DNA of 62,453 nt, filler included, from Choristocarpus tenellus KU-1152 (taxonomy: Eukaryota; Protista; Phaeophyceae): assembly GCA_964200185.2 (NCBI GenBank). It is 11 parts of 11 records of this genome, joined end to end, with 100 filler letters (N's around TTAATTAATTAA, not from the genome) between each part and the next. Parts side by side here need not be neighbours in the genome. Positions count along the whole stretch, not along the records: positions 3,186 to 15,587 come from CAXNAD020001849.1; positions 15,688 to 21,439 come from CAXNAD020009844.1; positions 21,540 to 24,237 come from CAXNAD020025550.1; positions 24,338 to 30,755 come from CAXNAD020008183.1; 7 more parts are not named here. The stretch is one strand, 5' to 3'. Below are positions 13,420-25,740 of the stretch, piece after piece. The first letter of the stretch is position 1. Each line of letters starts with the position of its first letter. The notes beneath the pieces are model-generated. The model was not told the origin of the DNA and did no database searches. It was given only the letters and a program-made list of their open reading frames with translations. A program made the position numbers and the translations under genes.

Positions 13420-13835
13420 GGGAAGAGTTTATGAAGTAATCGGAGTTTTGTTTTGCTCACGAATTCTGGTGGTAATGTGGTACAGGCGAGGGAGAAGTGA
13501 GGAAGGAAAAATAAAAAAAGTAGTCAAAGGGGGGGGTGAACGAAGAGTCAAAAGTACCGAGTGATTGATTGGGTAGGAGGTAGAAGAGGCAGGAGAGAAG
13601 TTAAAGAAGTGGTTGGTAGGTCGGTAGGTAGGAGGTCGAGGCACAAGGTAAGAAGGTAAGAAGGTAAGAAGGTAAGAAGGTAAGAAGGTAAGAAGGAATG
13701 GTCAGTATGTAAAGAGTATGTAAAGAGAAAAAACCAAGGGCTGGTGGTGGGGGCTGGTGGTACAAGACGAGGAGGGCTAGAACAAGACAACCTCCGAGCA
13801 AGCTTAAGGCAGAATCCGAGCAATCTTTCCTACAG
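13420..13835 (-). repeat. Dispersed repeat, inverted homolog of ~42670-43140; contains (AGGTAAGA)n at ~13646-13695; possibly a LINE 3' UTR
   Basis: Shared blocks in the same order: GCTTGCTC..TCTAGCCCTCCTCGTC, TTCTTTAACTTCTCTCCT, ACTCTTCGTTCACCC, CAAAACTC.GATTACTT.ATAAACT. Confidence 0.8.
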
Positions 13836-13929
13836 TTGAAGAAGATAAAGGCCCTGTGTAAAAGGCGAACTTGAGAACAAGATACAAAAATGATAGGGAA
13901 AAGTCCACAAGGCGAGGAGGGTGATGATC

Positions 13930-15030
13930 ACGACGGTGAAAAACGTTGCAGATAATTGTATGGTAGGAAGGGGACATGTGTGGTGAAGTGGGTAGATTCA
14001 GAGATAATGCAAGGGGTATCCGGGGAAATCCATAGAAGAAGAAATAACAAAGGACTGACCACGATGTTATGGTGGAGTGAAACAGGATAGATGCGTAAAT
14101 GATGAATCGGGCCGCTTCCTATGTAGTGGTCCTGGCAGAGGTGCAAGTACATGATAATACTGTAGGTTTCAAACGCTAATAATATTTATAGGTTGGTACA
14201 CACAGCAGAACAGAAAATGGTCGAGGGTCTTGTCAGAGCTATAGTCTAAGGGGTAGACGGGGACGAGTGGTAGAGTGCGCCGTTTACGTCACAAACATGG
14301 TTATCCCATGGAGCTCACTATAAAAAGAGAATATAATGGGTCAGGGTAGGAGTAGTGTACCCGTAACAATCTTGTAGAGTAGGTACAGCTTGGATATTGC
14401 TTGAAATGTAAAGCTGGGGCAGATATCAAATCTATACCAATCGGTAATAGAGTGCGTGTGTTGTTTTCCGCTGCCTATATCGTTCACCCCAACCCATATG
14501 GCAAGAAAAATCGAACACCGTGGGCTCATCGTAGGATGATGTTGGGGGGACCACCCCGTTCAAGGGTCACGCGTGGAAGGTACGAGGCTAGTAATGGGAC
14601 GTTAATTATGCATAGGCACCCTGTCAATCAATGGTTATGCCAATACGGGTAGTCATAGATTTTATGCAGCATAGCTACAAGCTGGGAGATAACGTGGTAT
14701 AAGAAACAAAACAAATAAGAAGGCCTGTATAGATATTTCAGAGAACTGGATGAGGGCATGTGGTAGGAGGGGAGTTTAGGTTCAGTGACCGTCACGAAAG
14801 AAAGTAGAGGTATTTCAGAGTACTGGATGAGGACACGTGGTTGGTGCGGAATTTTGGTGGAGTGAAAGCCACGAAAGTAAGAATTGGGGATTGGCAGTAG
14901 ATGCATGGTCGGCGATATGGTGATTAGAAATGAGATGCGATAGTTGAAAAAAATGGACTGGGCGAGAGCATCTTTTTTGGAAAATATGCAGGTAAAAAGG
15001 GGCACACCAATGTAAAGAGAGGGGGAGGGG
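13930..15030 (-). mobile_element. Degenerate non-LTR (LINE) reverse transcriptase remnant
   Basis: HN*RPITSL near 14600 (NYRPIxLL motif) and VVSPLLFLL near 14050 (QGxxLSPLLF motif), in the correct order with many stops. Confidence 0.5.
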
Positions 15031-15034
15031 AATG

Positions 15035-15178
15035 ATACATACATACATATACATACACACATACATACACACATACATACATACATACATACATACATAC
15101 ATACATACATACATACATACATACATACACACATACACACATACAAGATATACATACATACATACATACATACATACC
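15035..15178. repeat. (CATA/CACA)n microsatellite
   Basis: Imperfect tetranucleotide run. Confidence 0.95.
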
Positions 15179-15350
15179 TGCATGCATGTATAACAATCAT
15201 ACACAATAATCATACATAAAATCAAACGAACATCAAGGCCAATATTTTGTCACATTTCTTCCCTTCTCGAGAGTTTTGATACTACAGTACTATATAGTAA
15301 TAATTGAGTATGTTTGCCCTGAAGTTTCGAGGAAATGAAGTGCACAAACA

Positions 15351-15503
15351 GACTCAAAGTATCAGGGTGTGTGTGTGTGTTGGCTGTGCGTTCGAGGCCC
15401 ATTTTTCCATGTTGCCATACTAGGGTGATTAGGTTGCATGCATCGGATGGATATTGTAAGTGCACTTCTCCTGGTCAGGGTCCGAATAGAGACCCCGGTG
15501 TAT

Positions 15504-15540
<37 letters not shown>
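15351..15540 (-). mobile_element. MITE family A, diverged copy ending in poly-C near the contig end
   Basis: Starts GACTCAAAGTATCAGGG. Internal GGTTGCATGCATCGGATGGATATTGTAAGTGCACTTCTCCTGG matches family A. Confidence 0.8.
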
Positions 15541-15959
15541 ACAAAGACAATAATATGCTATAATATTAAAACCCAATAACACAAACANNNNNNNNNNNNN
15601 NNNNNNNNNNNNNNNNNNNNNNNNNNNNNNNTTAATTAATTAANNNNNNNNNNNNNNNNNNNNNNNNNNNNNNNNNNNNNNNNNNNNAGGAGCATTGCGG
15701 ACTGTGCATCTCACGGGAACCTTCATGATGTCGTTTCATTGTATCGATTGCTCTGAAGAAGTACTTGTTAGTATAATCGGTACAGTGGTGATGCCGTAGT
15801 AAGAAGACGCTTGTTTGTCTGCTGAGAGTGGCCGTGTACTATTTTATGTTTGATAGTGTTGCTGCTGTGCAAGGACATCATGCACCCCTCCAGTGAGGAG
15901 GATTGTTGTTTTGTGAGCGGACCCTTGCAAGGTGGAAGGCTGTGAAGGTGTTACCGAGA

Positions 15960-17060
15960 ACTTGAGGAAGGTTAGGTTAGGATAGGTAAGTATGCATAGG
16001 TAAAGGTAGTGGTGGGCACGAGAACTAGAGCATACCTATTCCAGATGTGGCCACGAGATGGCGGTCTCGAATTCGAATTGGCAAGACAGCTGGGTGGATG
16101 GTTATTGGCACCTGGACAGGAGAAGGAATTGAAGGTTACGTCACACTGAATGCGTGTCAAGTCCCTTCCAGGTGATGACATACATATGTCAGTGACGGAG
16201 GATACAGTATTCTTTGAGCATATCGATTGGTGGAAAGTTTGTTTCTCATACCATCTGTGATTGCCATCTGCCCTTGTGTTGATTATGATTGTGCTCTTCA
16301 TCTTGGCAGTAGTTCTGTATTGTCAATACCATGCAAGAGTTTGAAAGCGACGAACAGTGTTTGGTTTTTGTTGGTAGCGAGGTTGGATGTAGCCTCGACA
16401 AGAAATATTTCATTTTGCTGTCCTCGATCTATTGACTTGATACGCTACATTTATTGTTTGTATTTATGGCACGTCGTATCGTTGTTGGGTCGAAACAACT
16501 GAGAGGTAGGCAGGGTTGCGTTATAAGGATCCTGAAAGTGGGCAAAAATTGATGTTTGGTGAATGGTGGTGTCACTTTAGTGTTTGCACACAAAGAGGGA
16601 AAATTATTTTTGCATAAAATAGTTGCAAGCCCCCACACATAGACATAAGGGTGAAGGGGGTTGATCTGTAAGGAAGTGGAACCAGGTCAGTGTGATAGAA
16701 CTGTAGATGCATCCGGGCAAGGTTCTTCTGGGAAGTGCAATGTTGACCCTCCACCTTTACCAGGCGGACCATTTTGAGGAGTCAGGTGGAGATGATACAA
16801 TGAAATTTGTTTGAAGGCCTGAGGAACCAGGCAGTGAGCGGGAGTTGGAAGAGGAGTCAGTGGGGTCAGATTGTGTATTGGGTACGGGCATGGTTGACGT
16901 GGTTCAGAAGTCACAGCAGGGGAGGGGAGGAAGACATTGATGCTGAAACGTTCAGATATCAACAGTGATCCTCCATCTAATCTAGGCGCACCATCCGAGC
17001 GACAGCTGCCATATGAGAAGAGGCTGGTTGGTCTGCTTGTTGGTGGGAAAGCGGAGAATG
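15960..17060 (-). mobile_element. Degenerate non-LTR retrotransposon C-terminus with RNase H-like motifs
   Basis: LFSYGSCRSDG (FxDGS-like), followed downstream by VRLVKVEGQH...NLA (VKVKAH..GNELAD-like). Frameshifted. Confidence 0.4.
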
Positions 17061-17084
17061 TGTTGCCCTTGGAGGCTTTGACTT

Positions 17085-18364
17085 GCACGGGAATGGACCG
17101 AAGGACCAACCAATTGGATATACAGGTGCTGATAGTGCCAACTGCAAGGAGAATAGATTGTTTGTTTCTGGTGGTGTTGTGATGTTTGGGGGAGGTTTTG
17201 TCGACTGGTGGATAGGAAAGCAGAAAACGGTTACACTGTCTACTGCTGAGGCCGAGCATGTTACATTGTGTGAGTTGGGGAAAGAGTTATGTTCCTTAAG
17301 CAGGCACATGTTCATGCAACCACTTTGTAAGGACTATGCGCAGATTTTGACTGATATTTGTATGAGTATTGAAGAGAGAAGACATGGGAGCCTCACACAA
17401 TCCCCCTTTGCTGAATGCGATTGCATAGTTGAAAAGGGAAGAGCGATCACATTTGAGATGGTGGGGGGCTGGCTTGGTTTAGTGCCTGTTGCTTCGAATT
17501 AATAACTCTGAACACTTCCGACCTTTCTAGAAACCTCTATCAATATATAGAAAAACGTCTCGAACATGTGGACAGAATTGATTCTCTATAAATATCCCGC
17601 TATGGTCTGAACCATGATCCCGAATGCTTTCGGTTACATATTGCTGCAATTCATATCATATTCTGCCCAGATTGCTCTATGGCAGTCATTGAGGATAATG
17701 ATGGTGCAATTGTGATTGCTCAGAAGGAACTATCTGGAAGCGGAACAAAATACATAGATATACAGTACCACCATGTATGTCAGTTGGGGAGGGAAGGAAA
17801 GGTTATGATTGAATTCTTACCAATGGAGTTCCAATAGGTGTATCTCTCAGGAAGGCTCTGTTGAAGGGATCGTTCAATAGGAATTCCGGTGTTGTCATGG
17901 ATAGAATGAAGTGGGAGAGATTTTTGTGTTGATATGGCATTATATGCGTGATTGAGGTAGTACTTTTTCACTAGAAGTTCTAAGGAGGGGAGTGTGTCAA
18001 GAATATGTTTTCAATTCTTGTTGTGCAAATATATATCTTGTAAGAAACAATCGGTTGTTTGAAGAGAACAAGTTTGTATTCTGAACTATAGGAGATAAGT
18101 ATAGGTTAATGAAATAGAACGTGGAAGAGTCAGGGAGTAGGAAATATTGTGGTAAGAAATCTGTGCAGCAAGTAATCTATGATTAGTGACCCACAGAATG
18201 GGATAGATTTGGTGGAAGATATACCCTCGTGGGCTTAAAGGCCCACTCCACCTTTCTCCTTCCATACTTCACCTACAGTCTGTCTAACTCAAGAAGGGAT
18301 TAATTAATCAATTAATCAAATCGATTATATACACGAGTCTTGGGAGACATTACCTTCTTCAACA
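17085..18364 (+). mobile_element. Ty1/Copia 3' end: RNase H, PPT and putative 3' LTR (~17995-18364), interrupted at ~17326-17638
   Basis: IGYTGADSANCKENR..SGGVVMFGGGFVDW..KQKTVTLSTAEAEHV, resuming as VIEDNDGAI..TKYIDIQYHHV. Purine tract AAGGAGGGGAG at 17982-17992, then TGTCAAGAA ... TTCTTCAACA. Confidence 0.85.
17326..17638. mobile_element. Solo-LTR-like insertion (TGTAA...TTACA) inside the Copia RNase H
   Basis: 5-bp TG..CA inverted termini, and it interrupts the RNase H reading. The internal GCCTCACAC..CCCCTTTGCTG motif recurs at ~8740-8790 and ~21380-21439. TSD unclear. Confidence 0.55.
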
Positions 18365-19576
18365 CACTCGCACCTAACGGCACTCGTGCTGTATTGACTC
18401 AACGATCGAGAGAAAACTCCTACGCCAGAGTCTGATACGCTCATGCCAAAGTAGGGTACTGTCACGAAAGGAATCTCCCCCTTTCAAACCCACGGAACGC
18501 AAACGACTACAGACGAAAAACCAATGTATCACAATCACAAAGAAATAGAATACTGTCATATAATGGATATGTACCTTCCTAAGAACTATGAACATCTTAT
18601 CAAGTACAGACGAAAATGTCTGGCAATAACGCAGAAGCAGTGTACTGCCATGGAAAGACCCTCCCCCCTTCATAACTATAACCACAGACAACTACAGACG
18701 TAAAATCACAGTATCAGTAAGGCAGTGTACTTCCATAGAAAGACCCTTTCCCCTTCTAAACTATCAACACATACAACTACAGTTAAAGAAGTCAAACAAA
18801 AACACAAATGTAGGGTACAGTCATATGAAGAGCTTCCCCTTGTTCTATCTATATCCCGTAGGGCTTTGTGGTCCACTCATCCATATGTAACAATCTCCCC
18901 CCCTCTATTGCCATCTCTAGTGTGCTCTTGTTCGCTGCTCCCAAGGAGTGGAAATATCTTACTTGTCCCCTCTACCTTTAGCTCTCTCTCGAGGTACTTA
19001 GTCCATGTATCCAGTTCTAACCCTTATTCTTGTGCCACATCTTCTTGACGGGAGTACCTGTGGGTTAGAGACAAAATTCACCTTAGGCACTTCGGTCTGA
19101 GTTGTGACTGATCAAATTGCTGTTAAAACCTTGGAATGAATGATATGTGCTCTTTTGTACAATTACAGGCTGTTTGTATTGAAGGGTTGTTGTAGTGCAG
19201 TGAAGCACCGATGAGTTCATATTGATGAGCCTTGCGACATGCTCTGCACAGTTATGGTTTATGGATTAAATGGTACATTTTACTGAGTACTGAGATGCAT
19301 ACTTTGTTTTAGGGTTGTCACCTTGTGAAGAAGGGGTTGCGGATGTTTTCACTCTGAATATATAGCATCCAGTTGTGTATCCACACTTACTCCAGAGCGA
19401 GTTTGATGTCTGAGTGAGGAATAGGTCAGTCAAAAAAACAGAAACGGTGTATGAGATAAACCTAGTGCTTCTGGTGTGAAGATAAAAAATAAGGCCACAA
19501 ACTTGAATCAACATCTGAGACAACTCATGTCGTACATACCATGCTTGTACGTTCGAGAGATGTCAACTGTTTCACA

Positions 19577-20450
19577 CTCCCTCTGTCCCATAAGTCTGGG
19601 CCGTTAAGTTGTAGATCCTTGGGATGATCTCCGATTACAAAACGGACCTTTTCGTTGGATTCCTTGGAATATTTTTTATTTTAAAACTATGTCTCGCCTT
19701 TATTTGACAATGCCAACCTACCAATCCAGGGCCGCCATGGAGGGCGCTCGGTCAACTTCGACTGATCTAGACAACTCGCCCTCCCACTGCCTTGTTTTGG
19801 TCCCTGTGTGCTCTACCTCGAAATCGTTCCCCTCCAGCGCCCTTAAAACCTGATTGCACCTCTTAAACAGAGACTGCTACACCCCCTTGAGCGTGTCTCT
19901 GTCGTAGGCGTGGAACATGCTTGAAACTCCCTCTACAAGTCCATCAATAGTACACTGCTCTGCCCAAACCCTGCTATTCAAAGATGAAACTAACAACAAA
20001 TCAATGATGTTGAGATCCAGTGACTGTGCTGGCTGCGTCAAACGGTTAATGTTCTATCCCTCCTCCATATCCCTGCTGCATTCAGCTTTTGCACCATACC
20101 CTTGCCCGTATGCAGAGTTACGCTGTCCTGGTGTATGGAGGTCCCTGCCGATTCCAGCCACGACATTTTTTCCAACAGTTGCTCTGTGTACCACTCCAGG
20201 TATCAATTGGCGTTGACGGTGAAGTCGACCTCGTACTCCTTGCCCTTCGTGTGCCGTGCTGTAGTCCGTTGTGCCTCCTTTGTGCCACAACACCGCCAGA
20301 TTCCAATCTTGCCGTCAAAATCATGTGAATGATCCAGGCATGAAATGGCAGAGATGAACACCACATTGGGAATGTGACTCTTGTGCTGCAACTTCGTCGA
20401 GCCCATCTTTCCCTCCCCTGGGAACATGCGCACCATGACGGTTTCCCCAA
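19577..20450 (-). mobile_element. Plant-type (DD39D-like, Stowaway-related) mariner, 3' half with TIR, degenerate
   Basis: TIR CTCCCTCTGTCCCATAAG at 19577. Protein fragments LQHKSHIPNVVFISAI..FDGKIGIWR and TQPAQSLDLNIIDL. Homologous to the 34068-35711 element. Confidence 0.9.
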
Positions 20451-20479
20451 GGTAAACAGGCTTGTCAGTCTGCTTGTAG

Positions 20480-21250
20480 CTCCAATTCAAACCGAATGAT
20501 CTGCCCACCTTAACAAGCACCGTTATTGTCCTGGCCAACCCTCCTTGGGTCTTGGATACAATGTCTGCATCGTCGGCAAAACCGTATTGGCAAAAACGTA
20601 AGGCCCACAAGAGCTGCTCAAGCGTTGTCTTATTCCCTTGTGGTTCTCCTCTGATCTGGTTGTTTGTGGTCACTCTCTTGATGGGAACAAGATCCTTGGA
20701 GATGGTCTGGTCATGGTCTGCTGCACATGGCACTACAGTGAAGAGGATGATTGTTGAGGAGGATGGAGCAAGAACACACCTCTGCCGAAGGCCCTGTTAA
20801 ACCTCGGACCAGTCTGTGTACCCACCACCCTCCATGCGGACACATGCCCTCATATCATAATTGAATTGGTGGATGAGGGAAATCATCTTGGAGGGTGTGA
20901 CAGATTTGGGCAGTGCAACCCACAGGACATACAACCAATGGAGTCATATGCTCTTCTGGGATTTATGAAATTATAATAAAAAAGAGGTAGGAACACAGTG
21001 AGTCAACCTCTTGGAGGGCATGTAATATCAGTGAATATAATTTCCACTGTGGATCGTCAGGGTCAGAAACCACACAGTAAGTTTTCCCATTCCAGGTATT
21101 CTACTCCCAAAAGCCGTCGAAAACCTTGAGGAGGATTTTGCCAGCATGTTCCACCAATGAAATGCCCCTGTAGTAGTTTCCGCGATCATTGCAGTCTTCT
21201 TCTAGAGTATGGTCATGGCAGCAGTTTTTCAGGAACTGTGGCACAACTTT
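20480..21250 (-). mobile_element. RTE-like LINE reverse transcriptase remnant
   Basis: FINPRRAYDS..LWVALPKSVTPSKMISLIHQFNYDMRACVR, GLRQRCVLAP, and GFADDADIVSKTQGGLARTITVLVKVGRSFGL. Confidence 0.85.
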
Positions 21251-21253
21251 CTT

Positions 21254-21357
21254 AGCTCAAAGTATCTGGGGGTGGGGCAGCGGCTCTCCATTTGGGGTCA
21301 ATTTTTTCATGTCGCAATTTTTTGATGACTTTGTTGCATATGTCGGATGAATAATGT
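21254..21357 (-). mobile_element. MITE family A, truncated copy
   Basis: AGCTCAAAGTATCTGGGGGTGGGGCAGCGGCTCTCCATTTGGGGTCAATTTTTTCATGTCGC... Confidence 0.85.
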
Positions 21358-21539
21358 GTGCAAATTATCTTGGGAGGTAATGCTATTTGTTAGTAGTGAA
21401 GATAAGAAGGTGTGAAGCCTCACACGACCCCCTTTGCTGNNNNNNNNNNNNNNNNNNNNNNNNNNNNNNNNNNNNNNNNNNNNTTAATTAATTAANNNNN
21501 NNNNNNNNNNNNNNNNNNNNNNNNNNNNNNNNNNNNNNN

Positions 21540-24097
21540 ACGCAAGGGTGGAATGTCGCCGGAGCCTGTGCCACCGCCCCCACTTCCACCTCGTGGAGGG
21601 GGACGCAATGGCTACTCGCCTGTGTTGGGTGGGGGTGGTGATGACCTCTCCTTTCCCCCTGCCCCACCACCAACCCCGGCCTCACCAATTCGGCAATCCT
21701 CTGGGAAGAGTGCAGGGGTTGGGGGGGGTGGAGAAGGTGGAGGGAGTTTAAAAGGGTTCAGGTTGGGGGGGGGAGGGGGCGGAGGAGCTGCGGGTTTCGA
21801 GGCAGGCGGTGGAGGAGTGTCGCGGTTTTTGGCACGGGGAGGGGGAGTGTCAGGGTTTGGAGAACGGACAACAGGTGCTGGGTTAGAGGCGGTAGGGACA
21901 GGAACAGAGCCTGAGACTGGGGGAGGGAGCTGGAGGCGGGATGGGGATGTCTCTGTGGGTGGTAATGGAACAAATGCTGCGACAGAGTCTGCATTGCACA
22001 AGCAACAAGAGGCACAGTACTTGCCCCCGGGACCCTCGCCAAGATTGGAACAAACTGGGGCTGGTGGGAATGGAAATAGGGGTGGGGGTTGGGGGGAACG
22101 AGGACGATCTCCAGGAAGACAATCGCCACGGAAAGTTGTTGCTCTGGGGGGGCGCATGGAGGCGGTGTCAAATGCAGTGGGCTCTCAAGTCCGCCAGCCT
22201 GCATCTTCGTCAATGACACCTCGTAGTAGTAGCAGTGGTGGTACCCCACCAAAACAATTGCAGGGGCAGCAACAGACACAACAACCTCAGCTGCAGTCAC
22301 CCCAGGCAATCAGGAGGGCGCAATCTGGGAAAGGGGGCCAGGACCAGGGTTTGGGACTGCAGGCAGGGGGGACGCATCAAGGGCGTCCTACTTCCGTGTC
22401 TGTCACACCTGTGCGTACCAGGGGGGGTGGGACAGGTGCTGGGGGCAATGGGGGCAACGGGGGCAGAGGTGCTGGTGGTGGGCTTGGTGGGGGGGGGGGC
22501 ATCAGGTTGGGTACAGGATGGGGGTGTTGGTATGGGTGAGGATAGGCCAACTGGTCGTGTAGCTGTAGCTAAGCATGATTACAAGGCGCAGGGACCTGAA
22601 CAATTAACATTCCGAGTGGGAGACATCGTCCAGCTTCATTTGGACAAGGTCAGGGTTCATGGGTGTCCTCTCCTTCATGCCATATTCCGCTCTCACTCTT
22701 TTCTACCTACTGAGTTGCTGTACCTCCTTCCCCGTTTCTGAATTTGATTGGAGCGCCTTGCTGATATTTGTATTTGATGTGTTGTGAGAGGATCCTGTGG
22801 AGTACGCCGCCTGTGTAGAGATAGGATTGTTTTCTAGTCGCCTTCGGGGGTGTAGAGATAGGATTGTAAATGAGTAGAATTTGTTAGCATGACTTGAACT
22901 TGTGTCAGCTCCGAGAGGTTTGTGCACTTGACTGAATTGAAGTGTGACCCCACAGCTCGAGGTGTGTGAGGAAATGCCGATGAGGTTTGCTGTGATGAAA
23001 TGGCGTTTAAGTTGAGTTGTGCAGCTTGCATATGCCCAAAAATCAATCCACTATTGGAAAGGTTTCAATCACTCCCTTGAGTATTCTTTTTGTGATGGTG
23101 TATTGTTTTGGATGCTTGCTATAACCAGCACCGGTTAAGAACCATTACATGAAGATTCCTGTCTTTACATTGGACTGACCTTGACGAAACAGTTGGAGAG
23201 GTGGCCCTTACTTGGTAGCCAAGAACAAGCGCTTAGTTTCAGTGGGATGAAATGATTGGCTGGTTGATGTGCAGATCTTCTTTTCGTGGTGGATAGCGGT
23301 ATGCTTGTGCCACATTATGTTGTGAATGACTAAAGTGAGGCATCCCTAACCCTCACCACCCCACTGTTCAACAATTGTCTTCCCTGTTCTGGCTGTTCTC
23401 ACCTTACCTCCTCTCCTTGTCTTCCCTCAGCTCTTGTCTTTTAACTGCAACTGTAACTGTGATGATTGTAACTGATGATTTGTAACGGTGTAGGTTAACG
23501 CCAAGGGATGGGGATTGGGGCAGGCAAATGGCAAGGTGGGCTGGTTCCCGGGGGACTTTGTTGAGATGCCACCACCTCAGATGGAAAGGTCCAGGTCAGA
23601 CCCAATCTAGGGATGAAGCATGCCCTGTTCCCCTTGAACTCCCCTCCACCTCGCTTAACGTCTATGCATTACATATTAGTCCCCTTTTCGTCACTGAAAC
23701 TCCTCCCATTTTTTTGTCTTCAACCCAGGTCTGTTCAAGCATCAAAGGTGCATGGCAAGGTCCGCCGAAGTAGCAGTGGTGGTGGTGGTCAGACTCAAGC
23801 TAGGGTGGCACAGCAGCCACCCCCGCCTTACCCTGGACGAAATCAGGTGTGGGTTTGTAAGTAGTATCGTTGTGTTTGTGTTTGGGGTTGCTGGTCCAAA
23901 TTAATTGGTGTTATAAATTAGTGTTATAATTGGTGTTCATGTGCTCTTTTCGTTGTTATTGTTATTTGTGTTCATGGTGCTCTTTCCATGTTGATATACG
24001 AATTGTTGCAGCACATCACTGTGTCTTTATTGTTACCAGTTCAGTGAAGAGTGGAAAGTGACAGACAGTATCGCTTTGTGTTCGCCTGGAGCTAAAG
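21540..24097 (+). CDS. Partial gene: Gly/Pro-rich region plus SH3 domain; exons <21540..22648, 23494..23588, 23729..23846, 24040..24097> (one extra G in the G11 run at 22489-22499 is probably a sequencing error)
   Basis: Spliced SH3 AVAKHDYKAQGPEQLTFRVGDIVQLHLDK|VNAKGWGLGQANGKVGWFPGDFVE. All introns GT-AG with consistent phases. Downstream PPPPY motif. Confidence 0.88.
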
Positions 24098-24337
24098 GTA
24101 AGTAGTTGTCCTTAGACGGCTGGCTGTTGATAGTGTGTGGATCACTCTGTAATACAGTATAGTATAGTATAGTATAGTATAAGCAAACTAAACTGCAGCT
24201 ATTGTAATTGATTCGTGCATGTCAAACATCCCCCCCCNNNNNNNNNNNNNNNNNNNNNNNNNNNNNNNNNNNNNNNNNNNNTTAATTAATTAANNNNNNN
24301 NNNNNNNNNNNNNNNNNNNNNNNNNNNNNNNNNNNNN

Positions 24338-24400
24338 GGGAAGCCAAGCCCCAAATGGACAAACAGGGCAAAACTCGTACCCTCTAAGATACTTTGGCTC
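24338..24400 (-). mobile_element. MITE family B terminal fragment at contig start
   Basis: GCCCCAAATGGACAAACAGGGCAAAACTCGTACCCTCTAAGATACTTTGGCTC. Confidence 0.9.
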
Positions 24401-25336
24401 ATATTCACAAAAAACAAGGGTGAGTTTTAGCCAAGTTTGTAGACTATCTGCAACACGCAATTGTGAAGGATTTCAGCTACAACCTACGGGTGCCAGTCAG
24501 GTGTCGGGGTGTTCAGCTGTCTGGGAGCATCAGCCAAACTATAACAAGGGATGATTTCAGAGTACACTTCATTCGCCAGTCATCATTGACTAAAAACTCA
24601 GTACTTCTCAAATACTGCGGGGTATTCCCCTGCCGTCTGTGGGGAAAGGTCATTGTGGCAATGCGAGGATCTAAGCCACCAACAGCATTCTATGTATCAT
24701 AGTCATCCCAAATAGTACGCAATCCTCTTTTTCAGCCACACTGCATCAATACCACCGTCTACTGTTGGATGATTGCATGTTCATAATATATATTTTTTAT
24801 TTCCCTCAAAAGTGCTCCCTCTATCCACTGGAATCTTAGCTATTCCCATGCAACAAAGTTGAAGCCAAGCAGAGTCGCAAGGACAAACAAGCATGTACAT
24901 ATATATGAAGTACTTGTGTGATCACAAACTATAGTAGAACATCTTGCACCCACTACCCTCACATATGCAGTCAAATTACGTTGAATCAAGAGGTACTTGA
25001 GCTCATTTAGCCTACTATGTCATTGGCAGAAGTGTCTGAAGCCAACGTCCAGAACCCTCTAGTTCCAGCTGCCAAAAATATCCACTTTCCATCTAGGTTT
25101 CATTGCCCAGAGAGGGATCAAAAAGACCACAGCAGTGTTTCCCATTAGGACAATACAAGGGGGTAGGGGGGTAGAGACATCTGCAAAGATTCAAGCGGGT
25201 GGGTAGATATGTGGGAATATAATATCTTTCACAGGAAAGAAAGTGTAGTTAGGGAGCACAGTCATGACTCAACAAAGCATCTATAATATAGAATGAACAG
25301 GAACATAACCACCCCATTGCACTCTGTGCATACATT

Positions 25337-25379
<43 letters not shown>

Positions 25380-25380
<1 letters not shown>

Positions 25381-25637
25381 AGTGAAAGTATCTAAGAGGG
25401 TAAGAGTTTTGCCCTTTTTGTCCATTTGTGGCTTGGCTTCCCATGTTTTTCTTATCACATTTTCCAACTCCAAAATGTTTCGGAGTAGGTAAGATATATA
25501 CGTTATGAAAAGGTGTGTTCGGAACAAGAATATTGACACTTCCTAACAAACACACTAGCCAAAATTACATCAAAATTGCAACATTGGATTTTGACCCCCA
25601 AATGGACGCGACCCTACCCTCTAAGATACTTTGGCTC
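25380..25637 (+). mobile_element. MITE family B, full copy (258 bp), beside a (TA)n microsatellite (25340-25375)
   Basis: GAGTGAAAGTATCTAAGAGGGTA ... TACCCTCTAAGATACTTTGGCTC. TSD ambiguous (TAT/TATG). Confidence 0.93.
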
Positions 25638-25740
25638 TATGTATAAGTCCCTGTCCCTGATCTCAAATAATCCCACCCCTCTCCTGACAAAAAATCAGCT
25701 AAACACCGTCCACCTAAAGTGACTCCTACAGCCTGGGAAG

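Noticed and set aside
14628-15225. Long ORFs with CMYV repeats
   Set aside because: They are translations of the (TATG)n microsatellite.
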